A DNA stretch of 64,000 nt, from the NCBI GenBank assembly GCA_963666975.2, contig CAXVYR010000004.1, positions 1,120,001 through 1,184,000 of the forward strand, read 5' to 3'. How positions within the stretch are numbered: the stretch's first letter is position 1; the number at the start of each line of letters is the position of its first letter. The stretch is from Terriglobia bacterium. Its GTDB lineage: Bacteria; Acidobacteriota; Terriglobia; 2-12-FULL-54-10. The position numbers and the translations under genes are program-made. The notes beneath the pieces are model-generated. The model did no database searches and had not been told where the DNA came from. It saw only the letters and a program-made list of their open reading frames with translations. Of the stretch, positions 1-9,484 are shown one piece after another.

Positions 1-1570
1 TGGAGGCCGCAGCCGGAACCAGATATGCGACCGGTGGCTGCGGTGTGGCCGAAATCACCGGCAATTTCTGGCTGATTTTTTGCGGGAGGTTCGGATTGCC
101 GACCGCACCCGTACAAAAATTCACCAGCTGAACCATCACGCCGTGCTTGACTTCGTGTTCTCCAAAGTCGTGAAGATGACCCGACCAATCGCTGAGCTGG
201 CTGAGGATATCCGCAACGGTCTTGGAAACCAGAATATGCCCTGCATCTCCGCAATCCATCACCCGCTGCGCCAGATTGATCCCGCCGCCGGCAACGTTCC
301 AATTGGCGTTAATATCGGCGATGCGGTAGACGGGACCGGTATGTACACCCATGCGTAGCTTCAATTCCGGATAACTCTGCAGAGCGCGAGAGATCTCTGT
401 GGCGCATTGCACCGGAGCAACCGGATTCTGGAAAAACACCAGAGCCATGCCGTCGCCGGTGGGTAAGGATATCAGTTGGCCGCTTTGCTGGGCGCGTTGA
501 AACTCTTCTGTGTTCCGCACAATCTCCTGGAGTTGCTGAATCCGCTGGCTTTGGCGATCCATATGCAGCGTCGAGTAGCTGACCAAGTCCATAAACAGCA
601 CGAAAGCCATTTCCATGTTGGCCGCAGTGCTTGGCGCGGGAGCAACCGAACCGGGCGTCGTGGGCCGGGACAAGACTTCTGGCACTGGTTTGGGAGCAGG
701 AACGCTTGAAACCGCCAGAGTTTTCGCAACCGTTTGCTCCTCTGCGAAACCGGGAACACCCTGGATCGCTGTAAGAAACTCATCGGCCGATTGGAAACGC
801 TCCGAGGGTTCCTTCGCCAGCGCCTTCAGAATGATCCGGTTCAACTCGGAAGGGATGCCGGGGTTCAGATCCACCGGAGGAACAGGCGCTTGGCTGAGAT
901 GCGCCGACATGATGATGTAATCAGTTTCACCCTGGAAGGGGCGCTGCCCTGCGACGGCTTCGTAGAAAGTCACACCCAAGGAATACAGGTCCGACCGGGT
1001 GTCGAAGTCGGTATCTCCCTTTACCTGTTCGGGAGACATGTAATAGAGCGAGCCCATCGTGGCACCCGTCGCGGTGAGCTTCCGATCATGGAGCAGCTTG
1101 GCAATTCCGAAGTCAGTCAGTTTAATCATCCCCTTGTGGGTCACCATGATGTTGGCTGGTTTGATGTCACGATGGATCACCCCACGGCCGTGCGCATAAG
1201 AGAGGGCCGCCAGGACTTGAACCATATAGGAGATGGCCTCTTGCAACGGGAGAGGCCGACCCTCGAGCAGGGCTTGCAAGGCAGTCCCGTCCACCAACTC
1301 CATGACCATCACCATCTGGTCTCCATGACGCAGGGCCGTTCGCAGGGCGGCGATATTGGGGTGCTCCAGGCTGGCCTGCAATCGGATTTCTCGGAGGAAG
1401 CGTTCGGCCTGCTCCGGCGCCTCCGGCAAATTCGTCAACAAGACCTTCATCGCTTCAAGACGGTCTGAGAGGATATTGCGGACCTTGTAAACCCGCCCCA
1501 TGCCCCCGGCACCGAGCACGCTCACAATTTCGTAATCGCCAACTGTGTCTCCAAGTTTGAAGTCCATCAT
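1..1570 (-). CDS. Ser/Thr protein kinase fused to class III nucleotide cyclase domain (3' end runs off the window)
   Basis: Manual translation from ATG 1570: GAGGMGRVYK, HRDIKPANIM, TDFGIA. In the same frame from ~616: VLFMDLVSYS...LPTGDGMALVF...RMGVHTGPV...GGGINLAQRV. Absent from the ORF track because no stop falls inside the window. Confidence 0.9.
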   Translation of the reverse strand, partial: MMDFKLGDTVGDYEIVSVLGAGGMGRVYKVRNILSDRLEAMKVLLTNLPEAPEQAERFLREIRLQASLEHPNIAALRTALRHGDQMVMVMELVDGTALQALLEGRPLPLQEAISYMVQVLAALSYAHGRGVIHRDIKPANIMVTHKGMIKLTDFGIAKLLHDRKLTATGATMGSLYYMSPEQVKGDTDFDTRSDLYSLGVTFYEAVAGQRPFQGETDYIIMSAHLSQAPVPPVDLNPGIPSELNRIILKALAKEPSERFQSADEFLTAIQGVPGFAEEQTVAKTLAVSSVPAPKPVPEVLSRPTTPGSVAPAPSTAANMEMAFVLFMDLVSYSTLHMDRQSQRIQQLQEIVRNTEEFQRAQQSGQLISLPTGDGMALVFFQNPVAPVQCATEISRALQSYPELKLRMGVHTGPVYRIADINANWNVAGGGINLAQRVMDCGDAGHILVSKTVADILSQLSDWSGHLHDFGEHEVKHGVMVQLVNFCTGAVGNPNLPQKISQKLPVISATPQPPVAYLVPAAAS

Positions 1571-1700
1571 CGCGTCTCAACAGGCTCGTAAGCGATCTTG
1601 GTTTCTATGATGCGAGATGTTATTCACTGCGACCGGTCGATCTCCTGCGCCTGAACCGCCAGGGAAGCACCAGGTCCAGGGCGGTGTTCTCCGCGGCCTT

Positions 1701-2694
1701 CTACTGTGCATTCGTTACCGTGTCCCCAACCTGGGCCGGAGAGCTGCCGGTAAATGTCCCGACGGAGGATACTTCATCTACCTCCGTGATCACCACTTCC
1801 CCCATCGTGTCTTCGATTCTTCGCAGGACTCGGCCCGTGGCCGGATCCTTTACTTCCCGCACCGCCCGGCGAATCTCCAGACGGTCCCCCACTTTCACAC
1901 CGGTGTTCGTGCCCACGTTCAAGATCAGCGTGCCTTCAGTCGCGTCGGCAACTAGCCCCTCAATTTTCAGCTCTTTGGCGGGTACGCGTTCCGCATTCTG
2001 ATCTAGTTCCCGACTGAGCGAGCCAACGGCCTCGTGCACGGCTTCGCCCAAAATGGTCTGGGCAAAGTTCGAACTGCTCATGTCGTATGCAGCATTTCCC
2101 GACGCACTGCTGCTGCCGCCTGCACCGAGCAATGAGGTTCCTGAACGGTTGGATTCTCCCTTTCCGCTGGCGACGGTAAGGATCTCCGCCGTCTCCGTGC
2201 TGACCAGCCTTGCACTAATGCCCACGACTGCCTTGCTCTCTCGCTTGGAGACCCCTCCAATGCCAAAACGCCCAGTAATTCCCCCAAGCATTCCGCCACC
2301 CACGCTGGTGGCTTTATCATCTCTGCCAAACTGCGTGATGCTTCCAATGGATGATGGCGTCCACTCCCAATATGCGCCCCAACTGGGCCGCCGTGGTGGA
2401 GTCCGCCCGGTCACTGTTCGAGAAATTTTGTTCCGCCAGAACTTTCTCCAGTGCTGCCCGTTCGATGACCGAGTACACGCCGCTTTTGACCAGGTTATTG
2501 ACCACCAAGTCGCTGATCCCCTTCCCAACATCCACGTTTGTTCCAAACACCCCAGAGACGGAATCCTGGACGGTTGCATAGTCAAAGTCCAAAACCGCGA
2601 CTCGTTTCTTCTCCTGGGCAGCGCAAACTGAGACGACAAAAACCGAGAGAAAAACCAATCCGACCCATCGATCCATACTGTCCTCCTTCATCAC
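1701..2694 (-). pseudogene. CsgG/HfaB-family exported protein with C-terminal FlgT-like beta domain; +1 frameshift near 2350
   Basis: ORF 2317-2694 (signal peptide, KKRVAVLDFD, VIERAALEKVLAEQ, LGVDAII) continues in ORF 1701-2639 (IGSITQFG...ARLVSTETAEI...EVKDPATGRVL). One extra C in ATC-ATC-C-ATT-GGA breaks the frame; real lesion or sequencing error. Confidence 0.8.
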
Positions 2695-2799
2695 CGGTTA
2701 GGATTAGCGTTCTTTCTTGTGAACTGAAACAAATTATACACCACTCCTTCCGTTCAACCGGGCCGGTCTAATTCTTGAGACGGATTCCGAAACCCGTCA

Positions 2800-3148
2800 A
2801 CTGAAATTAGTTTTCGGTCTCCTGGCGATTAGAAGATTACACTCGTTTGTCTCCAACCGAGCTCATCCAGAGCGGCTTTCTTTCCCTGGATCTCCAAGCG
2901 GTCCCCAACAACCCATCCATGGGTCCTGAAAACCAGTCTCCGGGGCTTCCAGCACCAACTGTTGCACTCGCGATCCTTGAAGCCCGACTCGCAGAAACCT
3001 GTTGAACGACATCTGAAATTCCTGTTTTTGGCTCTCACTCATTGGGTTTACAACCCCGGAAGGCAATGTTGATGTTTGAACCCGCATGAATATTGACGTT
3101 GGAGTCATTCAGAAGATTGCAGTTAAAAGTTCATAAAGGAAATCCGTG
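2800..3148 (-). mobile_element. Internally deleted IS1380-family derivative (MITE-like), copy A
   Basis: Reverse complement aligns by eye to both ends of the element at 19846-21492. Retains the transposase N-terminus (MSESQKQEFQMSFNRFLRVGLQGSRV versus MGERQNQPFQLTFNAC/LKVAFHGSRV). Confidence 0.8.
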
Positions 3149-3341
3149 CTAAGGTCGAGGTGCAAGGGTTGGCCGCGATTGGTATGCGGACGGTAGCGGG
3201 TCAGGCGCTCATCTCGTGGCGCAATGAACTGCTGGCCCCGTGGAGCCAGAGGAAGAACCGGAGCGCATAAACGAAGTTTCCACCTTTGGGGGAGCCGGAC
3301 CGCGACTGCAACTTCCGCCTTCACTGCGGTAAGATTACGCC

Positions 3342-3995
3342 ATGGAAGAATTTCCACACTACCGCGTCCGGGAGACTCTGCTGTCGCGAAAACCGCGGGA
3401 GTACAGCATGGAAGTGGCGGCACTTTCCGTCTTGACGATCCTGGGGATTTCCCTGCTGGCCTGGCAGAACGGAGCTGCCCTCCTGCCGACTCTTGCCGCC
3501 ACTTCACAAGGGGCTCTGAAGGAACAGGAGTACTGGCGACTGCTGACGGCCGTAGCGGTGCATACGGACATTGTGCATTTTTTCTCGAATGCCCTCTTTC
3601 TCGCCTTCTTTCCCTATCTGCTCTTTGGCTACTTCGGTTTCTGGGTCTTCCCGGTTCTGGGTCTGGCCCTGGCCGGTTTGACCAACTACCTTTCGCTACT
3701 GACTTATCCTCCTGAGGTCAGCCTCGTGGGGGCGTCAGGATTGGTCTACTGGATGGCGGGTTTCTGGCTGAGCATGTACCTGCTGGTGGACCGCAGCTTG
3801 GCTCTTGGAAAGCGGATCATGCGGGCTGTAGTCATCGCCCTGTTGGTCCTGTTTCCGACGACGCTTCAGGAAAACGTCGGCTACCGTGTCCACGCCATCG
3901 GTTTCGGACTGGGGGTTGCCTCGGCCTTCGTCTATTTCCAGCGCAATCGCGCGTTCATCCGGGCGACAGAGGTGGTGGAGATGGAAGACCTGTGA
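3342..3995 (+). CDS. Rhomboid-family intramembrane serine protease
   Basis: WRLLT, H..HFFSN, GASG catalytic motif, HAIGFG catalytic His; several TM segments. Confidence 0.9.
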   Translation: MEEFPHYRVRETLLSRKPREYSMEVAALSVLTILGISLLAWQNGAALLPTLAATSQGALKEQEYWRLLTAVAVHTDIVHFFSNALFLAFFPYLLFGYFGFWVFPVLGLALAGLTNYLSLLTYPPEVSLVGASGLVYWMAGFWLSMYLLVDRSLALGKRIMRAVVIALLVLFPTTLQENVGYRVHAIGFGLGVASAFVYFQRNRAFIRATEVVEMEDL

Positions 3996-4375
3996 GACCG
4001 GATTTCAGCGATTTTGATGTGTGGGAGACTAGGCAGTAAGGGAAAGTGCAGCACAAGAGGCCGCTAGTGCCGGATGATGGCGGTCGAGCCGGAAGAAGAC
4101 TGCCGGGATTGAGCCGGGACTGACCTGCGGAACTGCCAAGCCGGGATGGAGCAGCGGCCCTTAACCCCAAAAGCTGAAAACCCGGACGCCGATCCTCACC
4201 CCTGCCGGGGGGCGGTTTGTCCACCGCCGGACAAAAGTGGCGGGTTTGAAATTTAGGGGTTTCCTCGAACGACGTATCGGGACCGCAGACGACTAAGGCG
4301 GCAGGCCGCACCATAGTTTCCGAGTGGGCGACCATACGCCCGGAATGGTCTGTTGACGGCGTACTCGGGCTCTAT

Positions 4376-4603
4376 CCCGGATTTCCTTTATGAACTTTCG
4401 TAGGCAACCTTCTGCTAACCTCCAACGTCAATATTGATGGGAGTTCGAGCGTCAACATTGCCTTCCGGAGGTGTAAACCCAGTGGGTGAGAGCCAAATAC
4501 AGCCACTCGGAGTCCCCGGAGAGCAAGACTGCGCTGGAAGGGCTCAGTTGAAGGCCAACGGGTGTATACTCACGAGACGGAAGGGCCAACAAACTAATTC
4601 CGA
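4376..4603 (+). mobile_element. IS1380-derived MITE, copy B (228 bp)
   Basis: CCCGGATTTCC...GCAACCTTCTGCTAACCTCCAACGTCAATATTGATG matches the left end of 19846-21492. It joins directly to ACTGCGCTGGAAGGGCT...AAACTAATTCCG, which matches the right end. Confidence 0.88.
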
Positions 4604-4673
4604 TTAAATCCGCGAAGTGGTTGAATCGTGCGAGAATCTGGGAGATTCCGGAATTTCCTAATATTGTATTCCT

Positions 4674-6872
4674 ATGCGTATTGCGAGAGCAATTTTCCTC
4701 TTCCTGCTAGTTGGAGTCTTAGGGCCCGGTGTCGCCGCGGGTCAGGAGGAGCAAAACGGACAAAGGACGATGACTGCCATCCCGCTAGACGAAGGAGAGC
4801 GGATCGAGCTGGACGGAATTCTCGATGAAGCTGTGTGGGACCGTGCGGAGCCGGCCACTGGTTTCATCCAGCAGGACCCCGCCTTCGGCCAGCCCGCCAC
4901 GGAGCAGACCGAGGTGCGGATCGTCTTCACCCCGGAGCGGCTCTACATGGGGGTGATCTGTTACGACTCGGAGCCGGACCGGCTGCTGGGCTACCAGCGG
5001 CGGCGCGACGAATTTCTCTCCTCCGATGACCGCTTCATGTGGACGATGGATACCTACCTGGACACGCGGGGAGGCTACTTCTTCGAGATCAACCCGTCGG
5101 GATTGATGGGCGATTCGCTGATGGGAAGCAACGGAAACAACCGTCAGTGGGACGGCATCTGGACGGCGAAGGTGCGGCGCACCGACATCGGCTGGGTGGC
5201 GGAGATTGAGATTCCCTTTCGCACGCTCAATTTCGATCCGGACGCGCCGGCCTGGGGGATCAATTTTCAGCGTACCGTGCGGCGCAAGAGCGAAGAGAGT
5301 TTGTGGACCGGATACGCGCGCAATCAAGGGCTGCGGCGAATGACGAACGCCGGGCGGTTGGAGGGTCTCCGCGAGACGAGCCAGGGAAAGGGATTGGAGG
5401 TCAAGCCGTATCTGCTGGGGACTGCCTCCGCATCACCGGGCACCGGCCAGCAGGGCGCCACCTACCAGGGCGACGTGGGTTTGGACGTTTTTTACAGCTT
5501 GACGCCGCGACTGCGCGCCAATTTTACGCTGAATACGGACTTTGCGCAGACGGAAGTGGATGATCGGCAGGTGAACCTGACCCGCTTCTCCCTGTTTTTC
5601 GATGAGAAGCGCGATTTTTTTCTCGAAGGAGCTGGCTTTTTCGACTTCCGGTCGAACCGGGGTTTCGAGCGCGATGTCCGCGTGTTTCCCTTCTTCAGCC
5701 GCCGGATCGGATTGAGCGAGGACCGCGAGCCGCAGAAGATCGATTTCGGAACAAAGCTGACGGGACAGATCGGCCAGCAGGATGTGGGGGTGCTGCACGT
5801 CCGCACCGGCGCGCACGAGGACGAAGCAGGGGACGATTTCACGGTGGCGCGGGTGAAACGCCGGATTTTCAGCCAGTCGTACGTCGGGGGGATGCTGACG
5901 CGGCGGGGCCCGCGAGGCGGCGGGGACGCGCTCTACACGATGGGCTTGGACGCGCTGCTGGCGACGCGAAATTTTCTGGGGTCGCAGAACCTGGAGTGGA
6001 GCGCGTTTCTGCTGGGCGCATCGAACCACGAAGGGGAATCGGGGAACCGGATGGCCTACGGGATGGTGCTGGACCTTCCGAACGACCCCTGGGACCTGAC
6101 GCTCAATTTCCGGGGCGTGCAGCGGAACTTTGACCCGGCCGTAGGCTTCGTGGCCCGCAGGGCTTACCGGCGCTACAGCCCGCGGGTGTTCTATTCGCCC
6201 CGCCCGCGGCAGCACCCCTGGATCCGGTCGTTTTCCTTCGGGACGGATCTGGACTGGCAGACCGATCCGCAGAACAGCACGCTGACGCGCAAATGGCAGT
6301 TCCGGGTGTTTCAACTCCAGGCCCACTCGGGCGACAGCTTTTCGGTGGACATTACGCCGCAGTTTGAGCGGCTGGAGGAGGATTTCGAGATCAGCGACGG
6401 CATCGTGCTGCCCGCAGGCAGGGAATACCGCTTCACGCGGTACCAGTTGGAGGGACGCACGGCGAACCGGCGCAAGCTGGCGGTGGAAGCCAGCATGGAA
6501 CGGGGAAATTTCTTTTCCGGGGCGCGGCAGGAGTATCGGCTGGAGCTGACGGTGCGGGTGCGTCCCGGCGTGATCCTTTATAGCGAAGCGGAATGGAACC
6601 GCGTCCAGCTCGCCGAAGGCAGGTTTCAGACACGGGTGTACAGTTTCACCCCGGAGGTGCAGTGGAGCCCGTGGGTGTCGCTCGTAAACATCTTCCAGTA
6701 TGACAGCGAGAGCCGCGTGCTGGGCTGGCAGGGACGATTCCGGTGGATTCTGCGGCCGGGCAACGACCTCTACTTCGTTTACACGCACAACTGGCTGGAC
6801 GATCCGGAGCTTGGGTTCCGGACAGAAAACCGGCGCGCTTCGACAAAGTTCATATATACGCACCGATTTTAA
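4674..6872 (+). CDS. Exported CBM9-like + DUF5916 domain protein (probable outer-membrane protein)
   Basis: Signal peptide; IELDGILDEAVW, WVAEIEIPFRTL, NTDFAQTEVDDRQVNLTRFSLFFDEKRDFFLEG, FFSRRIG; C-terminal YTHRF. Confidence 0.88.
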   Translation: MRIARAIFLFLLVGVLGPGVAAGQEEQNGQRTMTAIPLDEGERIELDGILDEAVWDRAEPATGFIQQDPAFGQPATEQTEVRIVFTPERLYMGVICYDSEPDRLLGYQRRRDEFLSSDDRFMWTMDTYLDTRGGYFFEINPSGLMGDSLMGSNGNNRQWDGIWTAKVRRTDIGWVAEIEIPFRTLNFDPDAPAWGINFQRTVRRKSEESLWTGYARNQGLRRMTNAGRLEGLRETSQGKGLEVKPYLLGTASASPGTGQQGATYQGDVGLDVFYSLTPRLRANFTLNTDFAQTEVDDRQVNLTRFSLFFDEKRDFFLEGAGFFDFRSNRGFERDVRVFPFFSRRIGLSEDREPQKIDFGTKLTGQIGQQDVGVLHVRTGAHEDEAGDDFTVARVKRRIFSQSYVGGMLTRRGPRGGGDALYTMGLDALLATRNFLGSQNLEWSAFLLGASNHEGESGNRMAYGMVLDLPNDPWDLTLNFRGVQRNFDPAVGFVARRAYRRYSPRVFYSPRPRQHPWIRSFSFGTDLDWQTDPQNSTLTRKWQFRVFQLQAHSGDSFSVDITPQFERLEEDFEISDGIVLPAGREYRFTRYQLEGRTANRRKLAVEASMERGNFFSGARQEYRLELTVRVRPGVILYSEAEWNRVQLAEGRFQTRVYSFTPEVQWSPWVSLVNIFQYDSESRVLGWQGRFRWILRPGNDLYFVYTHNWLDDPELGFRTENRRASTKFIYTHRF

Positions 6873-7027
6873 CGCAACGTGCGGCGGGGGCGGGTTCCTA
6901 TGGATGCAAAATGAGGCGGCGGTTGCGGGGGAAGACCGCATATGGCCGTGGACAATAGCGTCAGCAGCCTGGCCACGACGACCTCAGCTAATCACACTGT
7001 CAATGGTACAAAAGATCGGTCTAGTCA

Positions 7028-7136
7028 GTAGTGACTGTAGTGCGTATCTAGGGAGGGTGTATCCTGGAGGACCCAGGCCAGGCCGCCTTCGGCCCTTTCT
7101 CTCATACCCCCTCACAAGTCACTACACCCACTACAG
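7028..7136. other. Strongly structured intergenic segment (nested inverted repeats); candidate ncRNA or orphan IS110 non-coding end
   Basis: GTAGTGACT 7028 pairs with AGTCACTAC 7117; GAGGGTGTAT 7053 pairs with ATACCCCCTC 7104 (one mismatch); inner hairpins CCTGG/CCAGG and GGCCG/CGGCC. Confidence 0.45.
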
Positions 7137-7240
7137 AATCTGCGGAGACGAGGCTTTCAAATTGCTGATCGCTTGTCCCAGTAGATCCCAATTTGTCAGA
7201 TGGCCTACCCCACGACGGAAGGCGAAACTCGGCGCATCTT

Positions 7241-9118
7241 TTACCATTGAGCCGCTGGTCCGCCGAGTTCCACCTGGGCTCCAGTCGGTTGCATCCCCCA
7301 TTTCCTGGCCAGCGAAGGAACCAAGTGCCTCACCTTGCCCCCAACCACAGTCATCAGAACCCTTATGTTCTCAATGTCGTCTTCCGGGATAGTGAGGTAG
7401 TCCCGGTCCAGCACGAGGAAATCGGCAAATTTGCCTGGTTCTAAAGCACCTAGCTTGTCCTCTTTCATTAAATAGTCAGCTCCCCAAATCGTTGCCGACT
7501 TCAGAGCCAACTCGCGGTTGATCCGTTGATTCGGACCGTAAACCCTGCCGTCCGCCGCTTTACGATCGATGAACCGTGCTAAGGTCCAAAACACAGTCAG
7601 CGAAGTGGTTGCCAATGGCCGGTCAATCTCGAAACCGGTGGGAATCTGAGCATCGATCAGTGATTTCTTCGGCACACTCCACTGGACAGCAGTTTCCCCG
7701 TAAGTTTTGAATATCCTGGGAGCATTCTGCATATAAAAGAAAGGAGAGCCGCCGACAGCCATCCCCAGTCGCTTGATCCGTTCTATCTGGTCCGGCCGCG
7801 GGGACATGGTCAGGTGGTCCCAGGCATGTTTCTTCGCCCGGATTTGTTCTGGTGTGAAGCCAGCCTCCTTGCTCCCTTGTTCAATCGCTTCCATTAGATA
7901 ATCGACATCCAGGTCCCCGCCCATATGAAGCGCCGCAACGCGGCCTCCAGCCTTAACGAATTCAACGAGTCGTCGAAAATTGGGATCACTTGGGGCATAC
8001 GCACAGCTGTTCGATCCGGGAGGTAATTCGATGAGTGGCTGGGCTGTGGTGCAACCACTGCCAGGGCGCTCAACTCCCCATCCTCCGGCGTTCCAGAAGA
8101 AGTCATTTCCTGTCCCTTCCAACAAAACGATTGTGTTGAACAAGTACGGGTCAGCATCAAAAAACGCTTCCCTCCAGCCCCAGGTCCACGCATTCCGCAC
8201 CGGCATGTCTCCGGCTTGCGACATATCGTGGTACACCTTCAGATTGGAAGGCGTATAGGCTCTCGATGCGAATGTACCAACTCCCAGACTCGCCCACCAA
8301 CTCAGCTCTATGCGATGAATCTCCCGCAGTGCCTGGTAGTGTTCTCGCATGATCACTTCATGGAATCCCCAACGCATGAAGCCCATTGGCCTGCCTCCCC
8401 CCCCTAGCCCTGTTTCCTTGTCGATGTAACTCAGCATGTCCTCGTGGGGGAAGATCTTCCGCGTTGCCTCCATGGCTTTTGTATTCACCATCACACCTGT
8501 GAACGGATCTCTCAGTAACACGGGGTTATTCGGAGCCAGTTGGTCAATCAAACCAAGCGGAATCATCTCCCCATCTAACACCCTTCCATATCTTTCGCTG
8601 TTGAGCGCATATTCGTACTTGTCTCCCAGCGAAAAGACGATGAAAACCCACTGCTCTGGATTGGCTTTGCCGACCGCTTCCCGCAACACTCCCGGAAACG
8701 CCTGAGCCTGCTCTTGCGGTGGCCCCTCCATATAGCGCGTGACCAGAATATCGTCCGTCAGCACTTTCTTGATGGCGTAGGGATTCTGGGGCGCCCAATC
8801 GTAAGGATGATCATGCACTACGATCAGCCCCGGCAGGACCGTCCGGCCTTCCAAATCAATCTGCTTGGTATTCGGGCCCGCTTGCCCACGAATCTGGGCG
8901 TTGGTCCCCACTGCCACAACATTGCCATCCCGAATGGCCATCGCTTGGGCTACCGTTCCTAGGTTCGAGGTGAAGCTCTTATCACTCATCGTCACGATCT
9001 TCCCGTTGTATACGATCATTTCTGGGGTCGCTTGCCCTCGAACATCACCGGCTCCTACCCAAAGCACCCCAAGGCTTACCAACAGCATGTAAGCGTACAT
9101 TCTCCTCTGCATATTCAT
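7241..9118 (-). CDS. Secreted amidohydrolase, YtcJ/Amidohydro_3-like (paralog 1)
   Basis: Signal peptide; IDLEGRTVLPGLIVVHDHP, LHMGGD, WDH, EIDRP, LGALEPGKFADFLVLDRD, MTVVGGK. Confidence 0.9.
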   Translation of the reverse strand: MNMQRRMYAYMLLVSLGVLWVGAGDVRGQATPEMIVYNGKIVTMSDKSFTSNLGTVAQAMAIRDGNVVAVGTNAQIRGQAGPNTKQIDLEGRTVLPGLIVVHDHPYDWAPQNPYAIKKVLTDDILVTRYMEGPPQEQAQAFPGVLREAVGKANPEQWVFIVFSLGDKYEYALNSERYGRVLDGEMIPLGLIDQLAPNNPVLLRDPFTGVMVNTKAMEATRKIFPHEDMLSYIDKETGLGGGGRPMGFMRWGFHEVIMREHYQALREIHRIELSWWASLGVGTFASRAYTPSNLKVYHDMSQAGDMPVRNAWTWGWREAFFDADPYLFNTIVLLEGTGNDFFWNAGGWGVERPGSGCTTAQPLIELPPGSNSCAYAPSDPNFRRLVEFVKAGGRVAALHMGGDLDVDYLMEAIEQGSKEAGFTPEQIRAKKHAWDHLTMSPRPDQIERIKRLGMAVGGSPFFYMQNAPRIFKTYGETAVQWSVPKKSLIDAQIPTGFEIDRPLATTSLTVFWTLARFIDRKAADGRVYGPNQRINRELALKSATIWGADYLMKEDKLGALEPGKFADFLVLDRDYLTIPEDDIENIRVLMTVVGGKVRHLVPSLARKWGMQPTGAQVELGGPAAQW

Positions 9119-9271
9119 CTCCTCTTTCCGACAACCACCTCAGCGGTGGCTAAGCTTATCCAGAACCATTTGTGTTAAACGGAAGATCGAAGGGAGGAGA
9201 CAATCCTCTTCCCTTCTCTTTGCTCTGATTCGTATCAAACTTTTCCTTTCCCGACTTGGCAGGACTGCTAA

Positions 9272-9402
9272 GAGGTTGTTGAAAAACTGGTGTATGGGTC
9301 CGCTTGCTAACGTGCGCGGCTCGGTAAGTGCAGCTAAATCAGCATACCGATTCCGAGCCGCGACCGTGAGGGAGCGGGCAAATGGTGTTTTTCAACAACC
9401 TG
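9272..9402. repeat. MITE-like element with 15-bp terminal inverted repeats enclosing an inverted REP-like pair
   Basis: AGGTTGTTGAAAAAC (9273-9287) and GTTTTTCAACAACCT (9387-9401); CTAA on both flanks; internal CGCGGCTCGG...CCGAGCCGCG. The right half recurs at 30829-30879. Confidence 0.8.
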
Positions 9403-9484
9403 CTAAAAGCTAATTGATCCACCTTGCGGGCATTTCTACCATTGAGCCGCCGGTCCGCCAAGCTCTACCTGAGCTCCATCGTCA

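Noticed and set aside
80-1468. Plus-strand ORFs such as 734-1468 (244 aa)
   Set aside because: Antisense shadows of the minus-strand kinase-cyclase gene.
4218-4258. TGTCCACCGCCGGACAAAAGTGG, reminiscent of an IS21-type end
   Set aside because: Single occurrence with no partner repeat or transposase; resemblance is from memory only.
5433-6941. 502-aa minus-strand ORF and similar long antisense ORFs (36235-37524, 57215-58393, 60302-61354, 62693-63757)
   Set aside because: They fully overlap well-supported genes in high-GC sequence and carry no recognisable motifs.
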